Positions 22,954-31,749 of a DNA stretch of 32,000 bases are shown piece by piece. Within the stretch, counting starts at the first letter, position 1. Each line of letters opens with the position of its first letter. This DNA comes from Methanopyrus kandleri AV19 (lineage in GTDB: Archaea; JAADCQ01; Methanopyri; Methanopyrales; Methanopyraceae). The DNA is taken from assembly GCF_000007185.1 (NCBI RefSeq), contig NC_003551.1, positions 1 to 32,000 of the forward strand, written 5' to 3'. The notes beneath the pieces are model-generated. The model saw only the letters and a program-made list of their open reading frames with translations, did no database searches and had not been told where the DNA came from. A program made the position numbers and the translations under genes.

Positions 22954-24330
22954 CTACCTCAAGGTCTTTTCGAGGAATTTCCGCACGACGGGGTGTGCCT
23001 CCATGAGGCGCTCTTGCTTGATCTCTTCGTACATGTTGTAGAGGATTGATACTGTCAGGAGTACGCCTGTACCTCCACCCAGCGCGCCCATCAAGTCGGC
23101 ACCCGCGGCGAGGAATCCTACGAAGGCTCCACCCATCACGGTCACGGGGTAGATGTACTTCTGGAGCCGCTTCTCCAACACCCTGATATCTCGACGGAAG
23201 CCCGGGATGTGCAGGCCAGCGCGGTGCAGGTGTCTGGCGATCTCACGTGGTCCCATACCGGTCAACTCGACCCACAGGACCGCGAAGAACACGGACGCTA
23301 TCACCATGGCCATCATGTAGCCCAGCGCTTGCAAGGGGTCTGATAGCGTCTTCACGATACTGTTAGGGGGCGATAGGTAGTACACGAGTCCGGATATCGG
23401 TTGACCGCGCGGATCGAGCTTCCCCAGTATCGGTACACCCATCCGTTGGAAAGCCAGCGCCCACAGTCGAACGTTCATGAACAGCGCCGAGGCCAGGATC
23501 ACGGGGATGTTGGACGTGTAGAGTAGACGGACTGGGAAGCGGCCTCGAGCACCCCGAATTCCGGCGAACGCGATCGGGATCTCGACCCTCATACCCTCAA
23601 CGTAAAGCACTATGAGGAACGTGATGATGGCCCCGATGACTGGGGCGAGTAGCGTCCAATCCGGCGTCCCTTGCATCGCCGAGTACAGGAACGCCCAGAC
23701 GGCACCCGCGGGGCGCCCGGGCTGCTGCGGGCTCGGGAGCGGGTTGAACGCTCCGATGATAATCTGTGACGAAACCCCAGCGACGATGAATAGTCCGACA
23801 CCAGATCCTATACCCCACTTGCTGACGACCTCGTCCAAGAAGATGACCAAAATGCCACCGAGCGCCAACTGTAAGATGAGCAGGATTTCGAGCAAGATAC
23901 TCGGCTCGGCCGGCGGCGCGGCACCGCTGAACACCATCATCACACCTTCGAAGAAGCACAGGACGATCGCGAGCAGCTTTTGGAGACCTTGGAAGAGTCT
24001 TCGATCCTCAGGATTCGTCAGATCCAACTTGATTAGGTCGCCTCCGACGAGGAGCTGCAAGAGGATCGAAGCGGTAACGATAGGACCGATACCCAGGGTG
24101 AGGATCGAACCGAAGTTTCCGGCCAGGACGGCACGCAAATTCGCGAAGTAGTCCACAGCCTGCGGTGAGAGACCATAGAGCGGAATTTCACACAGTATGA
24201 AGTAAAGGATGAGCGGTATTCCTGTGTACTTGAACAGCTTCTCGTTGAAAGGTACGTGCCTGTCCGGAACCTTAACCTCAGGGAGCCTCTCCAGGATCGG
24301 CCTTAACCTCTCCAGCCAGTCATCCGCCAA
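22954..24330 (-). CDS. secY: Preprotein translocase subunit SecY
   Basis: 458 aa with ~10 hydrophobic segments. LPEVKVPDRHVPFNEKLFKYTGIPLILYFILCEIPLYG and LYTSNIPVILASAL are present. TTG start with GGGAGGAG 7 nt upstream. It follows L15 as in the conserved cluster. Confidence 0.93.
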   Translation of the reverse strand: MADDWLERLRPILERLPEVKVPDRHVPFNEKLFKYTGIPLILYFILCEIPLYGLSPQAVDYFANLRAVLAGNFGSILTLGIGPIVTASILLQLLVGGDLIKLDLTNPEDRRLFQGLQKLLAIVLCFFEGVMMVFSGAAPPAEPSILLEILLILQLALGGILVIFLDEVVSKWGIGSGVGLFIVAGVSSQIIIGAFNPLPSPQQPGRPAGAVWAFLYSAMQGTPDWTLLAPVIGAIITFLIVLYVEGMRVEIPIAFAGIRGARGRFPVRLLYTSNIPVILASALFMNVRLWALAFQRMGVPILGKLDPRGQPISGLVYYLSPPNSIVKTLSDPLQALGYMMAMVIASVFFAVLWVELTGMGPREIARHLHRAGLHIPGFRRDIRVLEKRLQKYIYPVTVMGGAFVGFLAAGADLMGALGGGTGVLLTVSILYNMYEEIKQERLMEAHPVVRKFLEKTLR

Positions 24331-24380
24331 CGTCGTCTCCTCCCAGAAGCGTTTGGTGGCGACTGGGACGCCGAGCCTTG

Positions 24381-24396
24381 AAAAAACCGGCGGGCA
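24381..24396 (-). terminator. GC-rich segment plus T6 tract just after the L15 stop (possible attenuating terminator before secY)
   Basis: The minus strand reads TGCCCGCCGGTTTTTT immediately after the TAG at 24397-24399. Archaeal termination uses oligo-T tracts. Confidence 0.3.
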
Positions 24397-24861
24397 CTAT
24401 GCTTCCCGGGCTTCCCCACCTGCTTCCTCTAGCTTCTCGACGGCCCTTTCGGTGAACTCGGGAGCGACGACCACTAGCGGCCTCTTGACGTGACCGCCTC
24501 CTAGCACCTTGTCGAAGGGGCCGCCGTAGGGTTTCAGTCGCTCGTCGGTAACGTCGATGACGATCTTATCGCCGTCCTTCTCCGCGATCCCATCCTCCAA
24601 GAGCTTGTCCGCCAGGGCGTCCAATTCGCCAACGTTGATGGTGTTGGGCTCCCGAACCACCTTGGGTGGACGGTTGAACCCCCGCTTACCGAAGTGATCC
24701 GGCATGTACTTGATGACGTGGAACCACTTGTGTTTGTGCGATCCGGCCATACCGCGCCCGCCGCGGTTACCGGCACCACGCCGGTTCTTGTGACTGCCTC
24801 CACCGTGGGTCCGCGATCCACGGTACTTCTTCGGGGACTTCTTCTTCCGCCGCACGACCAC
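24397..24861 (-). CDS. rpl15: Ribosomal protein L15 (uL15)
   Basis: [43 protein letters not shown]. Confidence 0.92.
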
Positions 24862-24875
24862 GTGGATTGCCCCCT

Positions 24876-25469
24876 TCAGATCATCCGCTCCAGGAGGTCG
24901 TTGATGGCCTTCCCGCGGTAGCCGAGCGCGCCACCGAGCGTGTACGGCTTCTTAATGCCTCCCCTTTCGTACCCTCCGCGGGGCGGGTGCAGGCGGAAGA
25001 ACGGCTTCAGCTTCGGGATGTCATCGAGTTCCGCCTCGAACTCGCAGTATGCCCGTGCGAACTCCTCTACACTGTCGTACTCGGTGTGTTCGGACACGTA
25101 CTCGTCGGTTACCGGACGACCGCCTTCTAGCTCTCCCCGCTTCTTCAGTAAGGCCGCCACGGTGTCCGGTTCCACCTCGCCCCATGTCACGTAATCCTTG
25201 ATCTTCTGCAGCATACCCAGGTAACTCGGGCGATCGTCGATCAGCACGCACCAGTTGCGCCGCAGCAGCTTCAGCATCCGCATGGTATCCTCGATATCCC
25301 GACGTACGCCGACGGGACCGCGCACCCGGACGACCGCGAGCCGGGTAGTGGCTCGCTCGTACTCCCGAGCCTCCGGGCTGACCTTGACCCCGATATCCTC
25401 CTTCGCGCGGCGGGCCGCCGCCTCGCTCGCCGTCTCGTGTTTCAGCTCGATCTTGCCGGTAGCCGCCAT
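24876..25469 (-). CDS. rpl30: Ribosomal protein L30 (uL30) with an N-terminal extension
   Basis: [55 protein letters not shown]. The ATG lies 3 nt after the S5 stop. About 40 extra N-terminal residues. Confidence 0.9.
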   Translation of the reverse strand: MAATGKIELKHETASEAAARRAKEDIGVKVSPEAREYERATTRLAVVRVRGPVGVRRDIEDTMRMLKLLRRNWCVLIDDRPSYLGMLQKIKDYVTWGEVEPDTVAALLKKRGELEGGRPVTDEYVSEHTEYDSVEEFARAYCEFEAELDDIPKLKPFFRLHPPRGGYERGGIKKPYTLGGALGYRGKAINDLLERMI

Positions 25470-25472
25470 CTT

Positions 25473-26153
25473 TTACGCCCCCTCGGCGCTGCCGCTCACG
25501 ATTCCGAGCCGCTCGGCCTCTTCCTCGCGCATCCTCACGTAGATCAGGTTCCGCAGCGCATCGAACGTCGCCTTGGCGAAGTTGATCGTGGTCCTGGTCT
25601 CACCCTTGCCCTTGCCGCCCGTGGTCTTCGTCCAGACGTCCTCGATGCCGGCCATCTCCAGGACCTTCTGCGCGGTTTCGCCCGCGACGAGCCCAGTACC
25701 CCTTGGAGCCGGCTTGAGCGTGATGCGGACGCTGCCGCACTTGCCGGTGATCTCGAAGGGGATGGAATGCGGTCGACCGCAGCCGCACTCCCAGCTACCG
25801 CAGCCGCGACGGACCTTAATGATGTTTAGCTTAGCCCGGTCGATCGCGGCACGGATCGCGGGACCTACCTCTCGAGCTTTACCCTGCCCGACACCTACGA
25901 ATCCGTCCTTGTTTCCTACTACCACCGTGACCCTGAACCTCACTCGACGGCCGGACTTGTGCATCTTCTGGACCATGTTGACGTCGAGTACTTCCTCCTC
26001 CAGATCGGGCAGCAGCCAGTCCACGATCTCCGGCTCTAGGATCTTCCAACCCTGAGCGAACACCTCGTCGATAGTCTTGATCTCGCCCTCCTTGACCATG
26101 CGACCTAGTTTGGTCTTGGGTTCCCACTCCTCCAGATGTGGTGGAACGGACAT
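25473..26153 (-). CDS. rps5: Ribosomal protein S5 (uS5)
   Basis: [23 protein letters not shown]...[52 protein letters not shown]. Confidence 0.93.
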
Positions 26154-26169
26154 GCTCGCATCGCCCCCG

Positions 26170-26778
26170 TCACGCGCCGCCGAACTCCTCCTCGATTTTG
26201 GACTTTACTTCCTCGAAGTGTTCCGGGAGTTCTTCCGGTTTCAGACCACGTTCGAGGTACTTGGAGAACCTGCGCTCGTACTCCTCCGGGTCCTCTTCCT
26301 TGATCTGTCGGGCCAGGTTGGCGATGTGCTCACCACGGATCCTGTCCTCCGGTGGGAGCACCTCCTCCCCGTGCGGTATGTCCATGCCGGCGTCGAGGGC
26401 TCCCTTCAGCATGGCGAACACTCGGGAGCCCCGCACGGGTCGGTGGAGTCCTATGTCGATCACCGCTCGCTCGATGCCCCGTTCAAGCGCTCGGAGACCG
26501 CACAGGTAACCCGTCAGATAGGCCGCCGGTGTGTTTCCGCAGTGTCCCTTCCAGCCGAACTTGTTGCGCAGCTCGATGGAGTGGGCCGATGCCAGTGTGA
26601 CGTCACCATGTGGGGCGAAGTCGACGATCTGGGCGATGTTGTGGTTGAGCGTTTTCCTGGCCACTAGGCGCGGAGCGTCGGCCTTGATTAACTCACGTCG
26701 CTTGTAGTAGTTGGTCTTACCCTCGCGACGCCTTCTGAACGGAACCCGATACCTGGGACCCGTGGCCAACGCAATCAC
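26170..26778 (-). CDS. rpl18: Ribosomal protein L18 (uL18)
   Basis: [30 protein letters not shown] at 26778 lies 3 nt after the L19e stop. TTG 26769 is an alternative start. Confidence 0.92.
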
Positions 26779-26781
26779 CCC

Positions 26782-27231
26782 TTACTTCTTCCACAGGTCG
26801 TTCTCCTCGATGTACGCCAACAGGTGCGAGGTGTCGCGGAAGTATCCTCCCTTCGCCATCATGTACAGCTTCCGATACGTGCTGCGGTCGATCTTGCCGG
26901 AGTCTCGGAGCTCCCGCAGCTTGCGCCTGATCGGCCTTATTCGCTGGATCCACGCGCGCTTCTTCGGCATCCGTGCACCCTTCGCTCCCTTCCGACGACC
27001 CGGACCACGCTGGCGCCCCTTCTTCCGCTGTTCGTGCCGCTTCCGGGCTCTCACCCGGGACTGTCCCTTGATCGGCTTCTTCCGGATAGCCCCCTCCTTG
27101 ATGAGCCGACGGATATCCTCCCGGGTCTGGGCTCGGGCGACTTCTTCCAGCCTCTCCGGATCTATCCATATCCTATGAACACCGCACTTGAGTATCTCGG
27201 CCGCCATCCGACGCTGGGGCCGTAGGTTCAT
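26782..27231 (-). CDS. rpl19e: Ribosomal protein L19e
   Basis: [53 protein letters not shown]. The ATG at 27231 is preceded by GGAGGGTGAG. The track start 27243 is GTG inside that SD. Confidence 0.92.
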   Translation of the reverse strand: MNLRPQRRMAAEILKCGVHRIWIDPERLEEVARAQTREDIRRLIKEGAIRKKPIKGQSRVRARKRHEQRKKGRQRGPGRRKGAKGARMPKKRAWIQRIRPIRRKLRELRDSGKIDRSTYRKLYMMAKGGYFRDTSHLLAYIEENDLWKK

Positions 27232-27294
27232 GGTCCTTCTCACCCTCCTACTTCGGGCCTGGACCCTCCCTCAACGCCGCCGTCGGTTCGAGTC

Positions 27295-27942
27295 CTAATT
27301 AGAATATTCCCCGGAGGGCACCAGCGGGCGGAATATCCTGCTGCGGAGCTCTTCGGCCTCCTCCTCGTCCAACTCCCGCACCTCGAGCTTGTCGTCCTCC
27401 TCGGGAACGATGGCCGAGTGACCGTAAGGATCCTTTAGCACGATCGTGATCTCGTCCTCTCCTGAAACCGCCGCGTCCATCCTGCGTAGGATTTCCTCCG
27501 CCCGCTTCTTGGACTCCTCTTTATCCGCCCACTTGGCGGCTGTTTCCACGCGTTCTCGGATCCTCCTCAGCAATCCCTCGATGTTGGACACGAAACCCTG
27601 AGCAGCGGGACCTGGCTTGACCTCGATCCCGAGCTCGGGTATTTCAACGAAACCCGAAGGTGAGCGAACCACTCGAACGCGAAGATCCTCGGGTGAGTTA
27701 ACCCGGTACCGGTACTCCGCAGGTTCCCGATCCTCCAAACACATAACATCGGAGTGCCGATACCCGCACGCCTTACAGTGGATGAACTGCTCGAGGACTC
27801 GCCCGAAGTGTGGTATCTCATCCACTCTTCCGTGTACCATCAGTGCCTTTTCTCCACACACTGGACACTCCAAGTCGGATAACTCCATTTTATACTTCAT
27901 TTCATGGGTTTCGCGGTTATCCTCCCCTATCTTCTTTCCCAA
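27295..27942 (-). CDS. ZPR1-type zinc-finger protein
   Basis: CPVCG...(x)...CKACG zinc-ribbon followed by the ZPR1-like beta domain (YRYRVNSPEDLRVRVVRSPSGFVEIPELGIEVKPGPAAQGFVSNIEG). The likely start is ATG 27900 or 27888, after the upstream stop at 27917-27919. Confidence 0.75.
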   Translation of the reverse strand: MGKKIGEDNRETHEMKYKMELSDLECPVCGEKALMVHGRVDEIPHFGRVLEQFIHCKACGYRHSDVMCLEDREPAEYRYRVNSPEDLRVRVVRSPSGFVEIPELGIEVKPGPAAQGFVSNIEGLLRRIRERVETAAKWADKEESKKRAEEILRRMDAAVSGEDEITIVLKDPYGHSAIVPEEDDKLEVRELDEEEAEELRSRIFRPLVPSGEYSN

Positions 27943-28900
27943 CCTCGCACACGTCCCCCGGCCGTAGCTCTTCTACCTTAAATCCCTCCTCTCGAAGCTT
28001 CTCGATGGCACGATGCAGTGACTCCTCGTCCGGAGCAGAGATTTTATGATAATGCACGTTATTCGACGCAGAGTAGAGATGTTTGAAGTACTGCCGCGAT
28101 TCCTCGTTGTTCAAAATTTCTTCCCATTCGTCCACGGGGTCCCTTCGGAAGGATACTTTGATCACATCGCGCTTACCTGGGATGGGAAAACCAATGTCTA
28201 TTAACCTACAATTGTTCTCCCGTATAATTTCGGCCTCACGGACGGAATCTTCCAGACTATGGACGGATTTGATCACTACACTGACGCTTCGGACTACGGA
28301 CAGCACCTCGCTGACCGTGCGGTCGATATCATCGTTCTTGATAGTGGGTATACCGTGCTCGTCCGCCGCTTCGAGGAGGAAGTCATGGATAATTCGGATC
28401 TGGCGGAAGTACTCGAGATGTCGACCTCCACGACCCTTCTCCATAGCACGCTTCACGAACCGCTCACGGTGCTCCTCTTCGTCCGCGTAGAGTATGACCA
28501 TGTGGACGTCGGCATACTGGTAGTCTTCCGGGCGCACGAGGCCCGGTACGAGGTGGACGCCTTCTATCACCAAGTCACTAGCGTCCTCGACAGCCCTCTT
28601 GATCACCATGTCGATGGCGGGCTTCACCATTGAGGCGTGCTCCACGAAACCTGCGATGACTCGGTCTCGGAACCTCTTGGGAACCATGTGGTCGGGAATT
28701 CTGAGCGCGCGATAGGCGTTGTAGGAGGACATGTGGAGCACAGGAGCGTACTTTTTGTCGATCGCTCCCCGGAGAACCTCTCGAAGGTGATCAGTCTCGA
28801 TGAGGTGTGTAATATTGAGTCTCCTCGCGACCTCACGAGCGATCGTGGACGTCCCAACGCCCGAAGCGCCACCGATCAGCACGATCGTGGATCTAGCCAT
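27917..28900 (-). CDS. pgk2: 2-phosphoglycerate kinase (cyclic 2,3-diphosphoglycerate pathway) with an extra C-terminal domain
   Basis: IVLIGGASGVGTSTIAREVARRLNITHLIETDHLREVLRG...YAPVLHMSSYNAY...LVIEGVHLVPG matches my memory of the 2PGK P-loop kinase family. Residues ~206-327 form an additional, compositionally distinct domain. Confidence 0.78.
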   Translation of the reverse strand: MARSTIVLIGGASGVGTSTIAREVARRLNITHLIETDHLREVLRGAIDKKYAPVLHMSSYNAYRALRIPDHMVPKRFRDRVIAGFVEHASMVKPAIDMVIKRAVEDASDLVIEGVHLVPGLVRPEDYQYADVHMVILYADEEEHRERFVKRAMEKGRGGRHLEYFRQIRIIHDFLLEAADEHGIPTIKNDDIDRTVSEVLSVVRSVSVVIKSVHSLEDSVREAEIIRENNCRLIDIGFPIPGKRDVIKVSFRRDPVDEWEEILNNEESRQYFKHLYSASNNVHYHKISAPDEESLHRAIEKLREEGFKVEELRPGDVCEVGKEDRGG

Positions 28901-28903
28901 TTA

Positions 28904-29251
28904 TCAGCCCCGCCTCTCGATGTCAACACTATCGGAAGTGACCAGCAGCACGGTGTCTTTAATAACCCCGACGAATCCACCAAGGCTCACCGCGGTGCGT
29001 TTGAGTTCTTGGATAATATCCTCATGACCATCGCGATCGAGGAGGGGTTTGACATCCAGTATCAGCACGTTCCCTTGGTAAAGCTCATTCATCAACTCCT
29101 CCAAATCCGACGGCTCCTGAACCCGAGATACTATTATCGTAACTTTGGGGTGCTGAGTTCTCTCTTCCTCTTCCTCCTCCAGGAAGTCCTCAAGCATGGG
29201 GCCTTTCGAGTTCTCCCCCTCGCCAAAGATCTTTTTCAAGAACCCTAACAT
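28904..29251 (-). CDS. sepF: SepF-like cell-division protein
   Basis: 115 aa from ATG 29251. N-terminal amphipathic MLGFLKKIFG (membrane-targeting type), an acidic linker, then a SepF/DUF552-like core: VTIIVSRVQEPSDLEELMNELYQGNVLILDVKPL...ELKRTAVSLGGFVGVIKDTVLLVTSDSV. The track start 29362 is rejected (R/G-rich overlap). Confidence 0.72.
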   Translation of the reverse strand: MLGFLKKIFGEGENSKGPMLEDFLEEEEEERTQHPKVTIIVSRVQEPSDLEELMNELYQGNVLILDVKPLLDRDGHEDIIQELKRTAVSLGGFVGVIKDTVLLVTSDSVDIERRG

Positions 29252-30336
29252 CGTGCCCCGCCCCGACCGGCCCCCTCGATAGTGCGGAGCACGTCCCGTG
29301 CCAGCTTCTCGGATTCCTCGACGGGGTTCCTCACTGGAACTTGCTCTCCCGTAGCCCGCCATATCTTAGCACGGAGTCTACGAGCGTACGTCTCGAAGGG
29401 TTCCTCCAAGTTTCTCGGGTTCACGCACACCGCCGCGAGGTCCGCGTCGGGGACTATAACCCGGAGGGCATTGACTTCGGCCAAAACCCCACGAGGGTAC
29501 CGGAACGGGTGGTTCGGACGGTGACATACCACCACCGCATCCGGAGCACACCCGAGTAATATCCCTAAGTAGAGGGGCCGTGGATGCGGGTTACGACGCT
29601 CGGTGAGTGAAGACTGTCCCTCTACAATGATCACGTCGGCGTCTTTCTCCTCAGCGACGTAGTCGACGGCGTGGGCTACTGCGGAGGCTACGTCCATGAC
29701 GGAGAGAGAACCCGCCCGGAACCCCACGTCCGCTTCGAGCGCTGCGAACTCTCCCGTGGCCACCGTCGCGGGGGTATAGCCTGACGCCTCGAGTCCTTCC
29801 GCTAACTTGAGGGTCGTAGTACGTTTACCACACTCTTGAGAGGTCCCACCCACGAACACGCGCGGTATTTCCGTCTCAGGCCTGTCCTTCTTGGGTACCA
29901 CCTCAGTGCAGCGTTCTGGGGCGTCCCCGGCTACCTCACGAACGACGTCCAGCCTGGGGCTCAGTTCGAGGATCTTGACGCCTTTCGACTCGGCCAGCTT
30001 CACTAGCGCAGGATAGTCTTCGAGCGGAAGTGACCTGAAGGACGTAACTACATTGAGGCCGCGGCGGATGGATTCCACGGCCAGCTCCAGGGCTCTGTGT
30101 TCCGCACCCTTCGGAAGCATAATCGCCACGGAGGACGCCCCTTCGACGGCCTCATCGAAGTCGTTCGTAACTTTCACTCCGGCGATCTCCATTCCCACCT
30201 TACTCGGGTCGTCGTCCATAATCCCAACGACTTCGACCGTGGGAAGTGTCGCGAACTTTTCCCCGCCGCCCCCGGCACCTACCACGGCGAACGGGTTGAG
30301 CTCGGCAAGCTCATCGATCGAACGTAGCACCGTCAA
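29245..30336 (-). CDS. DUF1611-family protein (Rossmann-like N domain plus P-loop-like C domain), function unknown
   Basis: AVVGAGGGGEKFA...VVGIMDDDPSKVG...; VFVGGTSQECGKRTTTLKL; VIIVEGQSSLTERRNPHPRPLYLGILLGCAPDAVVVCH parallels the DUF1611 pattern (GTDCxVGKxTT...VEGQGSLxHP...LLxGxxPDALVLCH) as I remember it. TTG start. The stop overlaps the sepF ATG (ATGTTAG). Confidence 0.6.
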   Translation of the reverse strand: MTVLRSIDELAELNPFAVVGAGGGGEKFATLPTVEVVGIMDDDPSKVGMEIAGVKVTNDFDEAVEGASSVAIMLPKGAEHRALELAVESIRRGLNVVTSFRSLPLEDYPALVKLAESKGVKILELSPRLDVVREVAGDAPERCTEVVPKKDRPETEIPRVFVGGTSQECGKRTTTLKLAEGLEASGYTPATVATGEFAALEADVGFRAGSLSVMDVASAVAHAVDYVAEEKDADVIIVEGQSSLTERRNPHPRPLYLGILLGCAPDAVVVCHRPNHPFRYPRGVLAEVNALRVIVPDADLAAVCVNPRNLEEPFETYARRLRAKIWRATGEQVPVRNPVEESEKLARDVLRTIEGAGRGGARC

Positions 30337-30389
30337 CTGTAGCCGCCCCCCGGCTTCACCGCGATCCGCGCCGGCCAGTGCTGATAGTA

Positions 30390-30980
30390 TTACCGGTACC
30401 CCGGAGCGGCCCGTAGCGTTCGTCGCTTCTCACGAACCCGACGCTCGATCTCCCTGAGCAGCCTCCCGATACCCTCGCCGGTAAGGGCGGACACGGGGAT
30501 GGGTCTGTGACCAGTACGCTCCCTGATGCGTTCTAACCGTTCCTCAAGTTCCCCGCGGTCGAGAAGATCGATCTTGTTCGCGACGAGCAGCGTCTCGAGG
30601 TCGGCGGCGTACTTGATCACGTGGAGTGCACGGAGCGTTTCGGGACCTACATGCCGCGTGACGTCGACCACGAACAGCGCCAGATCGTATCTGCCGAGCT
30701 TCTCGGCGACGTCCTCGGCACGGACACCTCGTTTACTTCGCTTACCCCGCTCGTCGGCGAGTCCGACGGTATCGAACACGTACAGGGGGAACTCGCGGGA
30801 CGTCCAACGGTAACCGGAGACCGTCTTCGTGGTACCGGGGACTTCGGAGACCTCAGTGACCTCGCGACCCATCAGCGCGTTGACCAGAGTGGACTTGCCG
30901 GCGTTTTCAGGCCCCAACACGGCGATACGAAAGGCCCGCGAGTCCAACTCCGGAACCTCTTTCACGGAGGTCTCTTTCAT
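30390..30980 (-). CDS. Small GTP-binding protein (Era/EngA-like MMR_HSR1 type)
   Basis: G1 GPENAGKST, G2 PGTT, G3 DTVG, G4 NKID, G5 SAL. 196 aa. Confidence 0.8.
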   Translation of the reverse strand: MKETSVKEVPELDSRAFRIAVLGPENAGKSTLVNALMGREVTEVSEVPGTTKTVSGYRWTSREFPLYVFDTVGLADERGKRSKRGVRAEDVAEKLGRYDLALFVVDVTRHVGPETLRALHVIKYAADLETLLVANKIDLLDRGELEERLERIRERTGHRPIPVSALTGEGIGRLLREIERRVREKRRTLRAAPGYR

Positions 30981-31168
30981 CCCCTCACCCCCCGCACAAC
31001 CCGGGCTAAACCTGCCAAGAACCCCAGGATCACTCCCAAAACCGGGAGCAACACCTTGAGCGGTCTATGTTGCACGTATTGGGATAAGATCCAGCCTGCA
31101 ACCACCCCAAACACCACGGAGCTCGAAAGCTCCACAGCAGCGATATACTCCCTCCGCAAGGGGCCCAC
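30977..31168 (-). CDS. Small two-TM membrane protein (63 aa), hypothetical
   Basis: Two hydrophobic segments (SSSVVFGVVAGWILSQYV and VLLPVLGVILGFLAGLA) and a basic tail. Its stop overlaps the GTPase ATG as ATGA (plus TCAT at 30977-30980). Confidence 0.5.
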   Translation of the reverse strand: MGPLRREYIAAVELSSSVVFGVVAGWILSQYVQHRPLKVLLPVLGVILGFLAGLARVVRGVRG

Positions 31169-31182
31169 CCGGGGATAGTGAT

Positions 31183-31749
31183 TTGGACGTGGAGGCGGTT
31201 TACCGATTGAAGCGCATACTCAGGACGGGGTGGTTAGTCCGGGGTATCCCCAGAAGCTCCGTGGAAAGCGTCGCGGAACACTCTTTCGGTGCGGCGATGT
31301 TGGCCTGGGAGATCTGCCATCGACTGGCCGAGCGAGGGATCGACGTCGACCCTTACAAGACTGTCGTTATGGCGCTGATCCACGATCTCCCGGAAGCCCT
31401 CACCTTGGACCTAGATGTCGAGGCATCGCGGGTGTTCGGTGATGCCAAGCGCGAAGCGGAGGAAAAAGCCGCCGAATGCGTGTTCGATGAGGAACTACTC
31501 GATCTTTGGAGGGAGTTCGAGCGACGTGAATCCCCGGAGGCGAAGGCTGCCAAGCTCGCGGACACTCTCGACATGGCCCTGCAGGCCTTGGAGTACTCTC
31601 AAGTCGGGTTCGAAGCGTATCGGGAGTTCTTAGACTCAGCGGAGCGCGAGGCCAGGGAGCTAGGCCGGGAGTACCTACTAGTTTTCAAAGAGATATTACG
31701 CGAGCGGGGGTGGGATAGTAATGAAGGTGGTGGAAAAGGATCTGGATAA
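31183..31749 (+). CDS. HD-domain phosphohydrolase (YfbR-like 5'-nucleotidase type)
   Basis: LKRILRTGWLVRGIPRSSVESVAEHSFGAAML...VMALIHDLPEALTLD provides the H...HD...D metal motif. TTG start at 31183, with GTG 31189 as an alternative. Confidence 0.8.
   Translation: MDVEAVYRLKRILRTGWLVRGIPRSSVESVAEHSFGAAMLAWEICHRLAERGIDVDPYKTVVMALIHDLPEALTLDLDVEASRVFGDAKREAEEKAAECVFDEELLDLWREFERRESPEAKAAKLADTLDMALQALEYSQVGFEAYREFLDSAEREARELGREYLLVFKEILRERGWDSNEGGGKGSG

Noticed and set aside
23612-24151. 179-aa plus-strand ORF
   Set aside because: It lies antisense to secY. It has no hydrophobic or catalytic pattern of its own.
28637-29248. 203-aa plus-strand ORF
   Set aside because: It lies antisense to the 2PGK 5' half and to sepF. 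Both sense genes have clear family motifs.
29245-30336. Cyclic 2,3-diphosphoglycerate synthetase, considered because of the adjacent 2PGK
   Set aside because: The length (363 aa) and motifs fit the DUF1611 pattern instead. It does not resemble the longer cDPG synthetase family as I remember it.
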